DNA from: Paraspadella gotoi
Lineage: Eukaryota; Animalia; Chaetognatha
Direction: 5' to 3'
Length of the DNA stretch: 64,000 nucleotides
NCBI GenBank assembly: GCA_051294375.1
Contig: JBJCIZ010000275.1
Location: 28,119-92,118, forward strand
Made by a program: the position numbers and the translations under genes. The notes below the pieces were generated by a model that saw only the letters and a program-made list of their open reading frames with translations, searched no databases and was not told the DNA's origin. Below, in pieces: positions 13,939-26,429 of this stretch. The first letter of the stretch is position 1. Each line of letters starts with the position of its first letter.

Positions 13939-16900
13939 AACATATTTGAGATATGTTCCGGTTTCATAAATGACGTTAAATTCTGGCAAAGTGTCCGAAG
14001 GTCTCTCAAAATGTTTCTTTACATTTTATTTAGTTATTCTAATATGATACCATCATGTTAAAGAGAATTAGTTGATTTTGGTGAAATTTGTGGCCACTGG
14101 ATCAGGGAAAAGTATTTAAAGCTTTAATTCAAGATTTGAAGCCTTTTGTTTTAACTGTTCAACGAGATATGTCATCTCCCAAATCCTCCGCCCCGCGGGG
14201 CGGCTCTAGGGGCGGCCCCAGGGGGCAGACTATTCCAGGGGGAGTAGGAAAATGGACATTGAGGGGGCGCCCCCTCTGGATTGCCTCAGGGGGCCGCCGC
14301 CAGGGGGTTTCCCCCTGGGCCAACATTTTGGATCTATTAGGGCGCCCCTAATGCTTAGCCCCCTGGGGCCAAAAAAAGTCAGCCCCTGGGGGTAACCCTT
14401 TGGGCGCAAAAAACTGCTNNNNNNNNNNNNNNNNNNNNNNNNNGCAATTATCACGTTTCATTTTTCGTGTCCATTTGAATTTGAATACGCCCAATTCGAA
14501 TTGATTGTAGCGCACCCTGCTGGCAAAAATGCAATTATTATGCAGCCATTAACTTGTGCGTCAAGAGCAGACATCAAATACGCTGACTGTCACCAAATTC
14601 TTCCATCACTTTTGCCTTTCTAGCCTCAAGTTTGGCACCCTTAAAAGCACTTAGCCATCATTCTCTATTTAATCTAAGAGATCATACATTTAAATATTTT
14701 GTGAATAAAGCTAACAATTAACCTCCTTGCCAAAAATCAGCCAGAACTGATTGTGAGAAAGCTGCTCATTGATATAACAAGACGCATTATAGTGAGTTAA
14801 CACCAAGGAGTTCTAGAACTGAGCACCTGTATAAAATTGCCCAATTTTGACTCAAGCTTGTTGACGGGTTGAAGGTTTTGGGGGTTGATGGGTCTTGGGA
14901 GGGGGGTTATGAGAGTTGCGAAGAAATTTTATTTACGAGTCGATGGTAGTGACTAAAATTTACTGAAGAATCATTTTGATTCAAGGCTCGTTGCAGCATT
15001 TGAATGTTATATTAATAACATTAAAAATAGGCCAAAGTTGTTGTTATTAATTACACAAGGTGGAATAGTTTATTGCTTTTGCTGGGGGTGAAGGGGTGGG
15101 GGGTTAAGTTTGGAGGGTGAGGCGGGCTGCGAGACATTTCCAATTCAATTTGAAACACTGGAAATGATTCAGTTTTCTCCCAATTTTTTGGGACAGATGA
15201 CTGACTCTAGATGGATGACAAATGTTCTTCGATCATTAAAGATTACCGTCGATTCAACACAGTGTAGCTTGAATGACAAATAAGCAGCCAGCATAATCTC
15301 TGACAGAAAAAAAATTCTACATAATTTTTGTCAGCTGAGCTGACTTTAGCAGGTTTGACCACTGACAGGTTTTGCTCTGAAATGATGACAGGACAGAATT
15401 CCGCGAAGACTGACAAAAGGATTGATGACAGTTAGCACCGACGAATGATGGACGATTCACAAAACTTTTAAACTTACGAAACATCGCCCTCTCTTATTCC
15501 CTATAGCCTTTTCGATCCGTTTCGAAGCAGGAAGGGAGGGGGAGACGGGATCATCCGGACACACTGTAGTTGACACGGAGATCTGAGCCTCGAATCTCGC
15601 GAAAACTCTTTTTTTATTTAGTTTCAACAACTATATTTCGATTTTTTCGACTCGAGACGCGTATGATTAACAGCGGCGGGGAGACGCGAAACCGAAGTGA
15701 CTCGAACGCCGACCGCCAGACGAGAGCATCTTCGATATGGCGGGGAGAGCAGCGATCGGGGCGCGGGGGTAGCGAGAAGGCAGACACTGAAGGTGAAAAG
15801 GGGAGTTCATCTTTGGAAAAACGGCGACGAAGATTTTGTTAGCGCATTTTCCAGTAACTAATGGGTCTTTCTTAACTTCTCGGCGCCTAGGGTTCTTGAG
15901 TTTTGAAGATTCTTTTTTTGCGTCGAAACGAAAAAAAGTAAATAAAATCGACCCTTCCAGCGAGGAAGCGGGATGAAAAGAGTCTTCTATTTCCGCTTTA
16001 GTTTCTTGTAAAGTTCGAGTTGTAGGTTTTTATGATTTTTTTTTCACTATTTTTATATCGACTTTAGTATTTTTTGGCTGCTGGCCAGTGTCTTTTTGCG
16101 AAAAAAAATCGGTTGCATCGCCGGAGGGGGGGAGCGGAGATAGAGAGGTTGGTTTCCGGATTCATAAGGCGATCGTAGGGGGAGGAGAGTTGATTCGCGA
16201 AAGTGATTTAATTCGAAATGCTACCGTACATCTTTTATTTGGTTCATTATGATTGCGATTCGGCGCGCATGATCGAAGATCGGCGCGAAACGACTCGTTT
16301 TATTAATGAGAAGCAAAAAATGCTGGATGGGTGCGGAATCGGAGGAAGAGGAAATGAGGCAACGAGAGGGAGAGGGGCGAAGGGACGATGAGGGGAGTGA
16401 GCGAATTAATATTTTTTTTTTTTTTTTTTTTGACGTCAGTGGCCGCCGGCGATTAAAAACGGCGCCCGCCGAAGACTCGGAGATTTGGGATTGGAGCAGA
16501 ATATATTTTGTTTTGCGCCCTGCCAGTGCTAGCTGATCGAAGAAGAATATCGACAGTTCACCCTTAGTCATGATTCAGCGAAGGAGAGAAAAAAAAACGA
16601 CGCCAGATTGAATCTCGTTCAAATCGATGCGATTCGCGGTAAAATTCAATCGATCGAAGTGGGAGGTGAGACGCGAAATCCAATAGAAAAAAAATTGGAG
16701 ATTTTCGCCCAAAAAGTGATGCCAGCTTAGCCTGCAAAGAAAACGAGTCTCTAACTCTCGATGGAGGCAAGCAGATGAGGAAAAAATCAGGAAGAGAAGA
16801 AATGCGATTAAATGTTTTTGTTTTTTTTTTTGGTCGGCAATGCCCCGTCAAAAAAAGTACGGGGTAATGGGGAAAACGAAAGATGGGCAAAAAATAAAAT

Positions 16901-18904
16901 TTAAATCCAAATATAAGTCGTATAATATTGTTTTTTTGTTCACTTTCAATTAAAAAAACAATAGTAAAAAAGTTTCTACATTTTTTCTCTTTTTTCTTCA
17001 TTTCAGTTTGTTTTTTGTTTTGTTTTGTTTTCTAACCAATGTTTATCTTAAATCAGTCGGGTGGAGCACATCCTGGGTTTTTTTTCGTGGTTAGATGTTC
17101 GAGCAACACAGAGTTGCGCGTCAAACTCTGAAAAGGTTATTCCTTAACCGGAAGCTAAAGTGACGAGAATGCGGGAACACTAATATTATTGATTCGGAAG
17201 GAAAATTTTATACTGAGACAAAAATGCAGGGTTAAAAAAAAAGGAGAGAGAGACACGCAGTAGGACGAAAAGAGGAAGGTGAACTGAATCTCGTGAAACG
17301 CGTGCCTCGAATCCCTGGGAGGAGGATGAGAGGAGGTGAACGAATGAGAAGAGGGTGCCGGTAATTAGACCCGCGTCTGTCTATCACCTCTTAGTATACT
17401 GAAAACTATTTAAAACGACTGTCCCCATGTATTTAGGGCTTTAATTTCGATACACGCCCACCTTGCTATCTCCTTTTCTTTCAAAAGTTATTCAAGAAAA
17501 TAACTTTTTAGTCGGATCTGCTTATCAGCAGATCCCGACTCTATTAATTCACTTTGTCGGTCCGTCTGTCCGCCCCCTCAATATTTTCCCGTTCACTACA
17601 CTCTCCCTATATCATTGTTCAAAACATCGAAACTGATGATAAATCTTGCAAAAAAAAATGATGTCCGTCCGTCTGCGTCCGTCCGTCCATCCGTACCGTC
17701 CCACCCCTTACGCAAAAACAAACACCAATTACTCGTGAAATTGGATGGATGAATGGAACTGAGAATTTTGCGGTGTCGGTAGGGAAAAATGTCGTGATCA
17801 TGAGCCCGTTATATTAAAGTTTCGATGAATCGTCGAGTGGAAATTGAGTTCTAAGATGGAAAAAAATAATAAAAATATTAATCTTCATTATTTGAACACC
17901 AATTACATCAAGAGTCTGGATGGGGGCGATTGACTTGAAATTTTGTCATTTGTCGTAGGAAAGTGTCGTTGATTGAGTGACAATCAGTGTCGATTGGAAT
18001 TCTATTTGAGTAGAAATGTGTTGTCTTTTAAATGGAAAAAAACAAAAAACCTGCTTTCCATAACTGGATTATGCTCTTTTTCGCTTTTATATTTAAAATG
18101 TTAAAAATGAAGGATTTCGTATATTAAATCAAACTTAATTAATCAGTTATTAATCCAATTAGTCAAGTGTAATTTAATCAATAATTAATTAATTAGTCAA
18201 TCAAATCCGCTTCTCCATCCGCTCACCATCTTAGCAAAAAGCTGCCCAATAACTTCGTGATTGGCTGGTTGGATTGATGACATTTTGTGTTGTGGGTAGC
18301 GACAGTGTAAGATGAAGCTGGATATAAGTTTGACCGGAATCGGTGAGATGAAGCTGGATATTAAAAGTTCGAGTAATCGTGTGAGATGAAGCTGGATATA
18401 AAGTTGTCGATGGCAATCGTCGACGAGGAAATGCAGTCTTAAGCGAAAAAAATTAAGTTACAATAACTAAAATATTTTATTATTTTAACCCAATAATTAC
18501 TCTATTTACATCATTTGAATTGGATGGATAGATTGAGTGAAAATTTTGCGCGTGTGGTAGGAAAGTGCATTGCAGACCGAAGCTTATACACAAGTTTCGT
18601 GGAAACGTCAGACGAGTGGAAATGAGTTTAAATAAAAAAAATATGCAGTGCCGCATTTAACTTGAATCTTTTTGCTTTCTCGATCTATATAGTCCTAGAA
18701 TGTTACTTATTTTAACCATTAATTACTCGAATTAATCAAACTTGAATTAATAGATTGAAGAAAGCATAGATATAAAGTTTTGACGAATTGTTGCCATGTG
18801 AAAGATGAGTTTAAAAATGGAAAAAACATTAATCACATTACCAACTTTATTTATTTAGATTTACTAATAATGCTTTAATTAATTAATTAATTATTTTTGA
18901 AAAA

Positions 18905-19195
18905 ATGATACAATTTAAAAAAATGATGCAAGTTGAAAAAATTATATTGCAAGTTGAAAAAATTATGCAATTTGAAAAAAATATACAAGTTTGAAAAGAA
19001 TATGCAAGTTGAAAAAAAGTATGCAGAGTTGAAAAATTAGCCACGTGAAAAATATTATGCCAAGGTTAAAAAGTTCATGCAAGTTTGAAAAAACTATGCC
19101 AGTTGAAGAAATTAGGCCAAGTTGAAAAAAAATTATTGCCAAGTTAAAAAAATGATGCGAATTGTTAAAAATATGTAAATTGAAAAAATGATTGA
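18905..19195. repeat. 18-bp minisatellite (TGCAAGTTGAAAAAATTA)n inside a HINE; reverse-strand copies at 33235-33645 and 38410-38810
   Basis: Units directly visible. Gives the spurious (MQVEKI)n ORFs. Confidence 0.9.
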
Positions 19196-22100
19196 GTTGC
19201 AGTATCTTACCTTAATTTTATTGTACAATATCTTAAATTTTAATATAAAACTTGAAGAAGATTTTCGTCATCTGAACATATCACTTTCAGTTGTAACGCA
19301 CTCGTCAAACTATTTATGGTAAATGCTCTGAAGAAATCGAGCAAAACGTTTTCTCTCTTTTTTTTAAATAGTAGTACTAGCGCGTCAAAAATCTTTAGAG
19401 TAAACTCAAAATTTTATTCTGATAGAATTTTTGCCTTTTAAGCTGAACGTTTATGACCATATCTCGGAAATATTGTTTGGAATTTTAAAATGAAATATGA
19501 CACTCATCCTACAGGGACTTGCCATAAATAATTATATACAAAAAATAAATTAAATTAGCTCCCTATGAGGTATCTATATTAAAGGGTGATATAGACAGAG
19601 GAAGGGTGAATTCAGGCTATTAAAATTGTTAAATGCCTGAAAGGGATTAGGATAATAGGCTATTTCAGGAAACACATTGCCAAAGATCATGCTTGATTTA
19701 TGTCAGGCTGTAAGTTGGTTTGAGTCTCTCATCATATGTGTAAAAACACTTGATTCCATCCTGTTGCATTCTGAAGGGCTCGCATTTTTTTCTCTTTCAA
19801 AATCATACAAACATCTGGATATCAAACAGCCAGAACAATTAGACTGCTTCTGTAAGAACAAATTTTCCATCTTTGATTCTGTATATTATAATTGAGAGGG
19901 ATATTTTTCCCTTGAATGACATATAAACATGTAGAAACTATCAGTCTCCACCTTGCTGTGCGGTCCAAGGCCGTTCAAGCGTCGCCGTCCAAAAAGACGG
20001 GTTAATGACAAGCAGTCTTCACTGACTGAAGAATCTCTGCTAAAGTGCTAGAAACGCGAATTTCCCAAAGTAAACGTATATCTTTGGGTGAACACAAAAC
20101 GTAGCAGTAACGTTGGCAATATCTGACAAAAATAAGTAGTGATAAACTGCGTAAAAAACAACGGTTGTTCGCACGAGCGACGTGTATCCGAAAATGTTCA
20201 ACGAAAACAACTGAAAAATCCGCGTCTCAAAAAAATGCCACACGGTAAAAATATATAAAATGACCGATATCGAAAACTGGCGTATGATTAAAGACGAGAG
20301 AGTGACCAAAACAGACACAAAATACGTAGCGAATGTTCTCTCTCACCCCCATCAGTAAAAAAGTACCATCTTTTTACACTAAAGAGAAAAAGAAAAAATC
20401 GCCAGAGTTAAGCATAAAGCAGTACTAAGTCTCAATAGGCCTGAAAAATCACTCCCGCGTACTCTAAAATCGGATCAATGATATAGTTAGATACTTAAGA
20501 ATTGCTACGTGAAAAAGCCCAAGAAGAAAAAAGAGTATCCCCCATCGTAAATTTAAATCAAAATTCCGAATCACATGAGTTTCAGATACTTCAAATTGAC
20601 ACATAAAAAGATAAAAAAATATATCCCCCATCGTCAAATGACAGGTGACTAAATCCAAAAATTTCCAAAAATTTCACAAAAATTTGGGCCAAAAAAAATT
20701 CAAAAATTCCACCAAAATTGCGCAAAATTCAAATTCACAAAATTCGCAAACTTTTTTTCACCTTATCCACATTCTTCAATTTTACACGTTTTCCACATTT
20801 CAGGCAGCTCTTTAGTTCGTTAGGAGTTCTTAAAGTTACACCTTCGACGCGCCGATATCCCTGACTAGGACTTTCATTGCCGACGTCGCCTTGACATTCT
20901 CAGCTCGCGTTTCTTTGTTCTCTTGGCCAGTCATGACCAGCGACTTCGAATGGTGGCGTCCATTGCCAGACGGCACACCCCGAGAGAGTGGAGTGGTGAG
21001 CGGTGTGTCCGAGCTGTAGCATCGAAACACAGCCCCTTTTTGTACACAAAAGGTTTTTTAATATCAGCGCCATCGAAAAGATACAGAAGCACCGAACCAA
21101 TGAAATGGCTTTTTCCACAAAACAAACATGAAGCCTTCGTCGCCATACTACATGTCCGTCGTCGTAAAAGACGGCTGATCTCTCGGGAGATGGCGTCGAC
21201 TTGGGCATCGTCTTGTTCCAGTCCCGTTTCTCCGCCGCGGAATTGGCGGTTCCTTGGAGATGTCGTGGCAATCCTGGGGGACGCAATCCCCCACAAATAA
21301 ATTCGTTGAAAACGTTGAAGAGCAGGAAGCCTTCGTGGAGTTGGAGAGGAAACGGGATCGAATCAAAGGCCCTGTTCTCTCCATTTTTCGTATTTCCCTG
21401 AAGTTCTGAATCCTCTTCAACCGTGCTCGAACCTCTTCTCTTGAAGATTCCCATCATTGTTTCGAGTCGCCCGGTTCAAGTAACGTTGCTTTTAAAACAA
21501 TCAGGATCTCAGGAAGTGATCCATTGACCACCAAGGAATATGTCTTGGTAACTAAATCCGGTGTCTCCCGCCGCTACGGTCCGAGAAATCAAACATGTTT
21601 CAGTCGAATTTCTTCTCTTAACTGCGCTTTTAATCCAAATCTTTAATCGCCGTTATTCCGCAAGCCATATTCATTGTTTTAACTGCTAGAAAAGCCTATT
21701 CAGCTCCAGCGCTTGCGGTCCAACGTGTTTCGACAGCGTCGCCGTCCAAAAAGGGTTATGACAAGAAGTCTCACTGGCACTCGAAAATCTCCGCTAAGCT
21801 GTTAGAACGCGACATTCCCAAAGTTAAGCTATATCTTTGGTGACGACAAACGCTAGCAGAGCGACGTGCAATACGTTTGCTGACAAAATAACGTAGTGAT
21901 GACAAACTCGTAAAAACAGAACGGTGTTTTCGCGTACGAGGGCTGCGACCGTGTATTCCAAATTGTCACAAAAACAAACTGAAAAATCCCGGCTCACCAA
22001 AAACAAATGCCCAATGGTAAAAATATGAAAAATGAACCGATATCGAAACACTGTGTATGATTAACAGAGAGAGAGAGAGACGTGCCAAAAAAGCCGACAC

Positions 22101-22358
22101 GCTAAATACGAGGCGACATTTCTCGTTCAAACATATTCGGATAATGTTCCGCGTTTCATAAATGACGTTAAATCTCGCAAAGTGGTCGAAGCGTCTCTCA
22201 TAATGTTTTCTTACATTTTATTTAGTTATTCCTAATATGATACCATCCATGTTAACAGAGAATAGTTGATTTTTGGGTGAAATTTCTGGCCACTGGATCA
22301 GGAGAAAGATTAAAGCTTTATATCAAGTTTGACAGCCTTTTGTTTCTAACTGTTCAAC

Positions 22359-22896
22359 GAGATATGTCAACTCCCAAATCCTCCGCCCCGCGGGGCGGGT
22401 CTAGGGGCGGCCCCAGGGGGCAGACTATTCCAGGGGGAGTAGGAAAATGGACATTGAGGGGCGCCCCCTCTGGATTGCCTCAGGGGGCCGCCGCCCAGGG
22501 GGTTTCCCCCTGGGCCAACATTTTGAGTCTATTAGGGCGCCCCTAATGCTTAGCCCCCTGGGGCCAAAAAAAGTCAGCCCCTGGGGGTAACCCTTTGGGC
22601 GCACAAAAACTGTCCCCACGGGCGAGTTAATAGAGAACCAAGTTTAGATGACGAAAAATATACTTTCTGATCTATGTTATTATATCTGAGAATATTTTTC
22701 CCTGTCTGTTACTCTCTCCCCCTGGACGAGTGACCCTTGCGGGCTCCAAAAAAGAGGCCTACAGGCGGGCCCCCCTAGGCGATACAGGATTTGCCTCGCC
22801 CCTCGGGGCCCCCCGCGGAGCCCCGCCGCCGGGCCGCCCCCCAGCCACCGCCACGCGGGGGCGTCGGAAGCGATTCTGAAGGATGACCATAACACT
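22359..22896. mobile_element. GC-rich MITE with degenerate TIRs (partial duplicate 14164-14418)
   Basis: Absent from the paralogous segment at about 31500. The ends GAGATATGTCA..TCCTCCGCCCCGCG and its noisy inverse are flanked by TGTTCAAC / TGGTCAAC (TSD of about 8-9 bp). Confidence 0.7.
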
Positions 22897-23284
22897 TGGT
22901 CAACACGAGGATCTGGCCGCCCAAAACAATTTCTCCTCTTCTGTCTCGTTTCTTCAGTATTGATGTAAACCTTGATGAACAGCTTTTGTTTTATCTTGAA
23001 ATAAATATCATATTTATCAATAGTTAACATATTTTTATCTATTCTAAAAAATGTAATATCTACATTATTTACTAAGAAAAAATGTTTTAATTTGATCTTG
23101 AATAATCTTCTCAATTGAAAACAAATCAACTCAAGACGAACAAATTTCTTCTGCGCTGCCGACATACTTCTACTATTAACTCTTTGTTATACTCTGTCAC
23201 GCCGCCTTAAAACCTCAGTCACGCGTTGTTTTTTTTTATCACGGCGCTTCGTCACGCAGTCACGCAACTCTTGCGACTGCGCCA

Positions 23285-24507
23285 CACATGGGGAACCACA
23301 ACGTTGAACCCAACACCAACCTCTCACAGGCGGGAAAAAATGTCAACTTGAACACTTTCGAGCTACCATCAGAGTCTAACAACACCGGTAAGCCAACTAA
23401 GACAACAATCGCTTCCAAATGAGGCCGATTGCGACGCTATTTGTCATGCCTTCTGCTCGGCCCAGCGTAGCTAGGCAAGGAACAACCATTACGCAAACAC
23501 CAGCTCTGCAAGTCTAGGAGTCGCCGATAGTCGCGACACCGCCCCATATGATTCACGTTTTCCACACGCCTCAACAGTCGAGGAACTTTGACACGCTACG
23601 CTATCATGGCCGTATTCGGGCCGGCAGCACTCATGGAGCGAACTCCAGATGAAATGATGAGCCTCCGCCGCCGCTCCTCACCGCCGCCACGCAGGCTCGA
23701 ACAAGCTGCACAGACCGGTAACGACTGCCAGATATCGATCTGTCAAACATTGAAATCTGGATTAACAGCGAATCGCAGGCCTCTTATACTCATGCCGGGC
23801 ATTGATCGCTCCAAAAAACGAAAAATTTTGCCGCCAGCTTTAAGAATCTAAAACTAAACGCGTATAAGCCTCGATCCCAAAGTTACATCAGGTTTCCTCT
23901 CTTCGGAGATACAACAAAGCAACATGGTAAACCTCTTTTTCATATCTGAGAAAAGTGTACTAGGCTCACCCGGCCGCGCAACAGACTCGGATGAATCGTG
24001 AAACCGTCAAAATTACTCGCACAACTCTCGATGACGTGCGCAAAGAGAAGGTTCTTCAGGAGCTGCCAGCTGAAATACGCCACCAACTTGAAGACAAAGC
24101 GAGCTTGTTGAAATCGCTAATTGACATTTTGACAACGAGGGAAATCCTAAAATTTGACAAATGTCATCTCTCGTAAACCACGTGAAACAGGGCCACAAAG
24201 GGCGACACAAATCCGAATTGGACGACAAGGTTGGCGTCAATGCCGTCAATGTCAAACCAAAAAGAAGCTTTAATGGAAAGAAGAAGTCAAGTCAAGGACA
24301 AAAAGCTAAACCAAAGCCAAAGCTTAAAACGCTATGCCACAAGCACAACAAGTTCAACAAAGTCGCTTGGTTTTGCGAGCCAGGCTGTGCTAAGTTTGAT
24401 GAGACTGAACGCAAGCACAAGGAAAACGCCAGAGGGGGACACCAACGGTGAACGCCGTCCCCCAAGAATCAAACCGATCACCAGTGACAAACGATTTGCT
24501 CTTCATC
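23285..24507 (+). pseudogene. CsRn1-clade Gypsy gag plus start of protease (inverted duplicate of the 5' part of the minus-strand element)
   Basis: Gag ends in LCHKHNKFNKVAWFCEPGC (C-X2-H-X9-C-X3-C, the CsRn1 CHCC motif). The -1 frame from GGAAAAC at 24421 reads QGKRQRGTPTVNAVPQESNRSPVTNDLLFI. Confidence 0.85.
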
Positions 24508-24869
24508 AGCGGCCATTGGTGCCAGGGGTAAGTCATTCGCCTCCCAACCCAAAGGTCCGGGGTTCTAGTCCGGTGGTCACCTAGCAGTTAAGAGGGACGG
24601 GGCACTTAACCCGCCTGTAACACGGTTTTACAGCCTGATCCGAAAACTCAGGGACTGCTTATATTGAACGGTTCTGTCACTTACACATAACAATTATTAC
24701 TGTCTCTTCATTGGTGAGCCCAACTTCCGAACACAACAGCAACAACAACACTTTCAGGCGACATGCCTCAACTTGGTGACGAACTTTCCACCAACAACAA
24801 TTTACTGAAGAGACGCAACAGACTTCTCCCTTCGGGAGGGGGGGATGTATGGTGGACTAAAATTCATCA

Positions 24870-24941
24870 GCGGCCATTGGTGCCAGAGGCAAGTCATTTG
24901 CTTCCCAACCCAAAGGTCCGGGGTTCTAGCCCGGTGGTTGC
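24870..24941 (+). promoter_or_regulatory. tRNA-derived (Gly-CCC-like) Pol III promoter head in the LTR (also at about 24509-24581)
   Basis: Acceptor-like stem GCGGCCA/TGGTTGC, A-box-like TGGTGCCAGAGG, loop CTCCCAA/TTCCCAA, B-box-like GGTTCTAGCCC. The anticodon stem is broken, so this is not a functional tRNA. Confidence 0.7.
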
Positions 24942-24943
24942 CT

Positions 24944-25019
24944 AGCAGTTAAGAGGGACGGGGCACTTAACCCGCCTGTAACACGGTGTTACAGCCTGAT
25001 CCGAAGCTCAGGGACTGCT
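24944..25019 (+). ncRNA. Twister ribozyme, type-P5 permutation (second copy at about 24583-24659 with a mutated L4 loop)
   Basis: P5 AGCAGTT/GACTGCT; GG-GA-CGG; TAA cleavage motif at 24968-24970; CC-C-GC; P3 CTGTAACAC/GTGTTACAG; P4 CCTGA/TCAGG with loop TCCGAAGC; T1 CCG:CGG; T2 GC:GC. Confidence 0.78.
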
Positions 25020-25699
25020 TATATTGAACGGTTCTGTCACTAACACTTAACAATTATTACTGTCTCTTCAGTCGTCCACTGTGTGTTTGTAAAGTATGAT
25101 GTGAAAATAATATATTGAAAAAGTTTAACAAAAAAATAAGACGATCGTCTTTAGAATCCACCAAAAATCCGAAAAACTTTCCAAAAATTTGAAAATATAC
25201 AGGAGGAAGACCGATGACCAAGGGCTTAGAAGTTCCGGCTGCTGAGTAGACTGATATCGGGATTTTGCTCTTCATTTAGTTGTCCATGTTGTCGTTTTGT
25301 ATTTTTTGTCTCTCCAGAATTTTCTTGAGGACAACCGAGTAGATGGGTCGGATGTTCGGGCCGCTGCTTTATCTTCTTTTTTGTGATTCTTCTCTTGCTC
25401 CATTTTCTTTGGACTCGTCCCGCGTGAAGGCTGGGGAGAAGATGATGCTGGAAGAAAAAAACATAATGGAGGGGAGGGTGGGTCTGGGGGAAGGTGGGGT
25501 TGCTTGCGAGTAAGTGGGGAAGCTGGGGGGGAGGAGGAGGAGGAGAAGAGGAGGAGAAGGAGGAGGAGCGACTCGTCGATTATTGGAGCGAGTGACTCGA
25601 TCCGTTTGGGCCGCTGTCCTAGTTCTCAGGCCGGGTTGGCGACCTTCTGGGCGTCGTTGGGGATGTGCCTAGTCGACCTCCATCGCCTCGTTACTCACC

Positions 25700-26290
25700 C
25701 ACGCTGGTTTTATTCATGAAATATTTATTATTTTGCGTCTGACGCTCGTGATTTCCACTGATGTTTAACTCATTTTGATTTATCACTTTATATGGGCATT
25801 CATATGGTGGAACTAGAGGGGGATTCACTCCTGAGCGTTTGATGAAGACGTATTTTGCTGACTCAAGGTTTCTGGGTAAGTGAATGGCCGGTTGATGATG
25901 AGTGGAGGTCTGAGTTGGCTGGAGATGGGTGACTACGATTCTAAGTTTCGTGAGTTGTCGTCAACATTGGATCACATCATTGTCTAGTTGCTCGTTGACA
26001 AGTATGCAACCGAGGATGCTCATGCCTTCCCCAAAAACGAAGTCGGCCGCGGAAGCGCCGATGTCTTTCTTCACCGTCGTTATTATCGCCAATAATGTCA
26101 TTGGCAACTTTCAGAACCAATTCTTTCTATTTTCGTTGGCGAGGGCCTTGAGAGATTCTTTGAGTCGCCAGTGGAACCTCTCTACCAGGCCATTGGCCTA
26201 GGGATGGTGAACAGTCGTCATTTGGTGTTTGATTCCTCATTGTCTAATTAACTGTTTCCAGAGTTGAGTACCTCGATCCGTTGTGGTGAT
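25700..26290 (-). pseudogene. Gypsy integrase core and GPY/F-like region (in-frame stops)
   Basis: ITTTDRGTQLWKQLIRQ*GIKHQMTTVHHP*ANGLVERFHWRLKESLKAL...LVPPYECPYKV. Confidence 0.88.
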
Positions 26291-26429
26291 GATACTGATG
26301 ACGATAGAGACGAGGATGATGTCGAAGTTGTTGACGGCGATGTTGACAGCGTCATTGATGCTATTATTGTTGTTGGCGGCGTTGACGTTGTTGGCGATGC
26401 GTTGGTTGTTGATTCTGGAATTGCATCTG

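Larger units (their letters stand above)
6905..22612. repeat. Apparent direct tandem duplication (6905-14418 and 14444-22612), probably an assembly artefact
   Basis: Colinear copies differ mainly by scattered 1-nt indels, and the junction is an exactly 25-N gap (14419-14443). Confidence 0.85.
24502..25070 (+). mobile_element. TRIM (miniature LTR element) whose LTRs contain a tRNA-like head and a twister ribozyme (family 1)
   Basis: LTR1 24502-24710 (5'-truncated); PBS TGGTGAGCCCAAC at 24712; 135-bp internal region; PPT GGGAGGGGGGGA at 24834-24845; LTR2 TGTAT..CTTCA 24846-25070. Confidence 0.85.

Noticed and set aside
6905-22612. 8-kb tandem segmental duplication as biology
   Set aside because: The copies differ mainly by random 1-nt indels and abut a 25-N gap, the pattern expected when long-read gap filling overfills a gap from both sides.
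24870-24941. Functional tRNA-Gly gene (and tRNA-Met at about 32158-32228)
   Set aside because: The anticodon stems do not pair, and the units lie inside LTR repeats, so they are tRNA-derived promoters.
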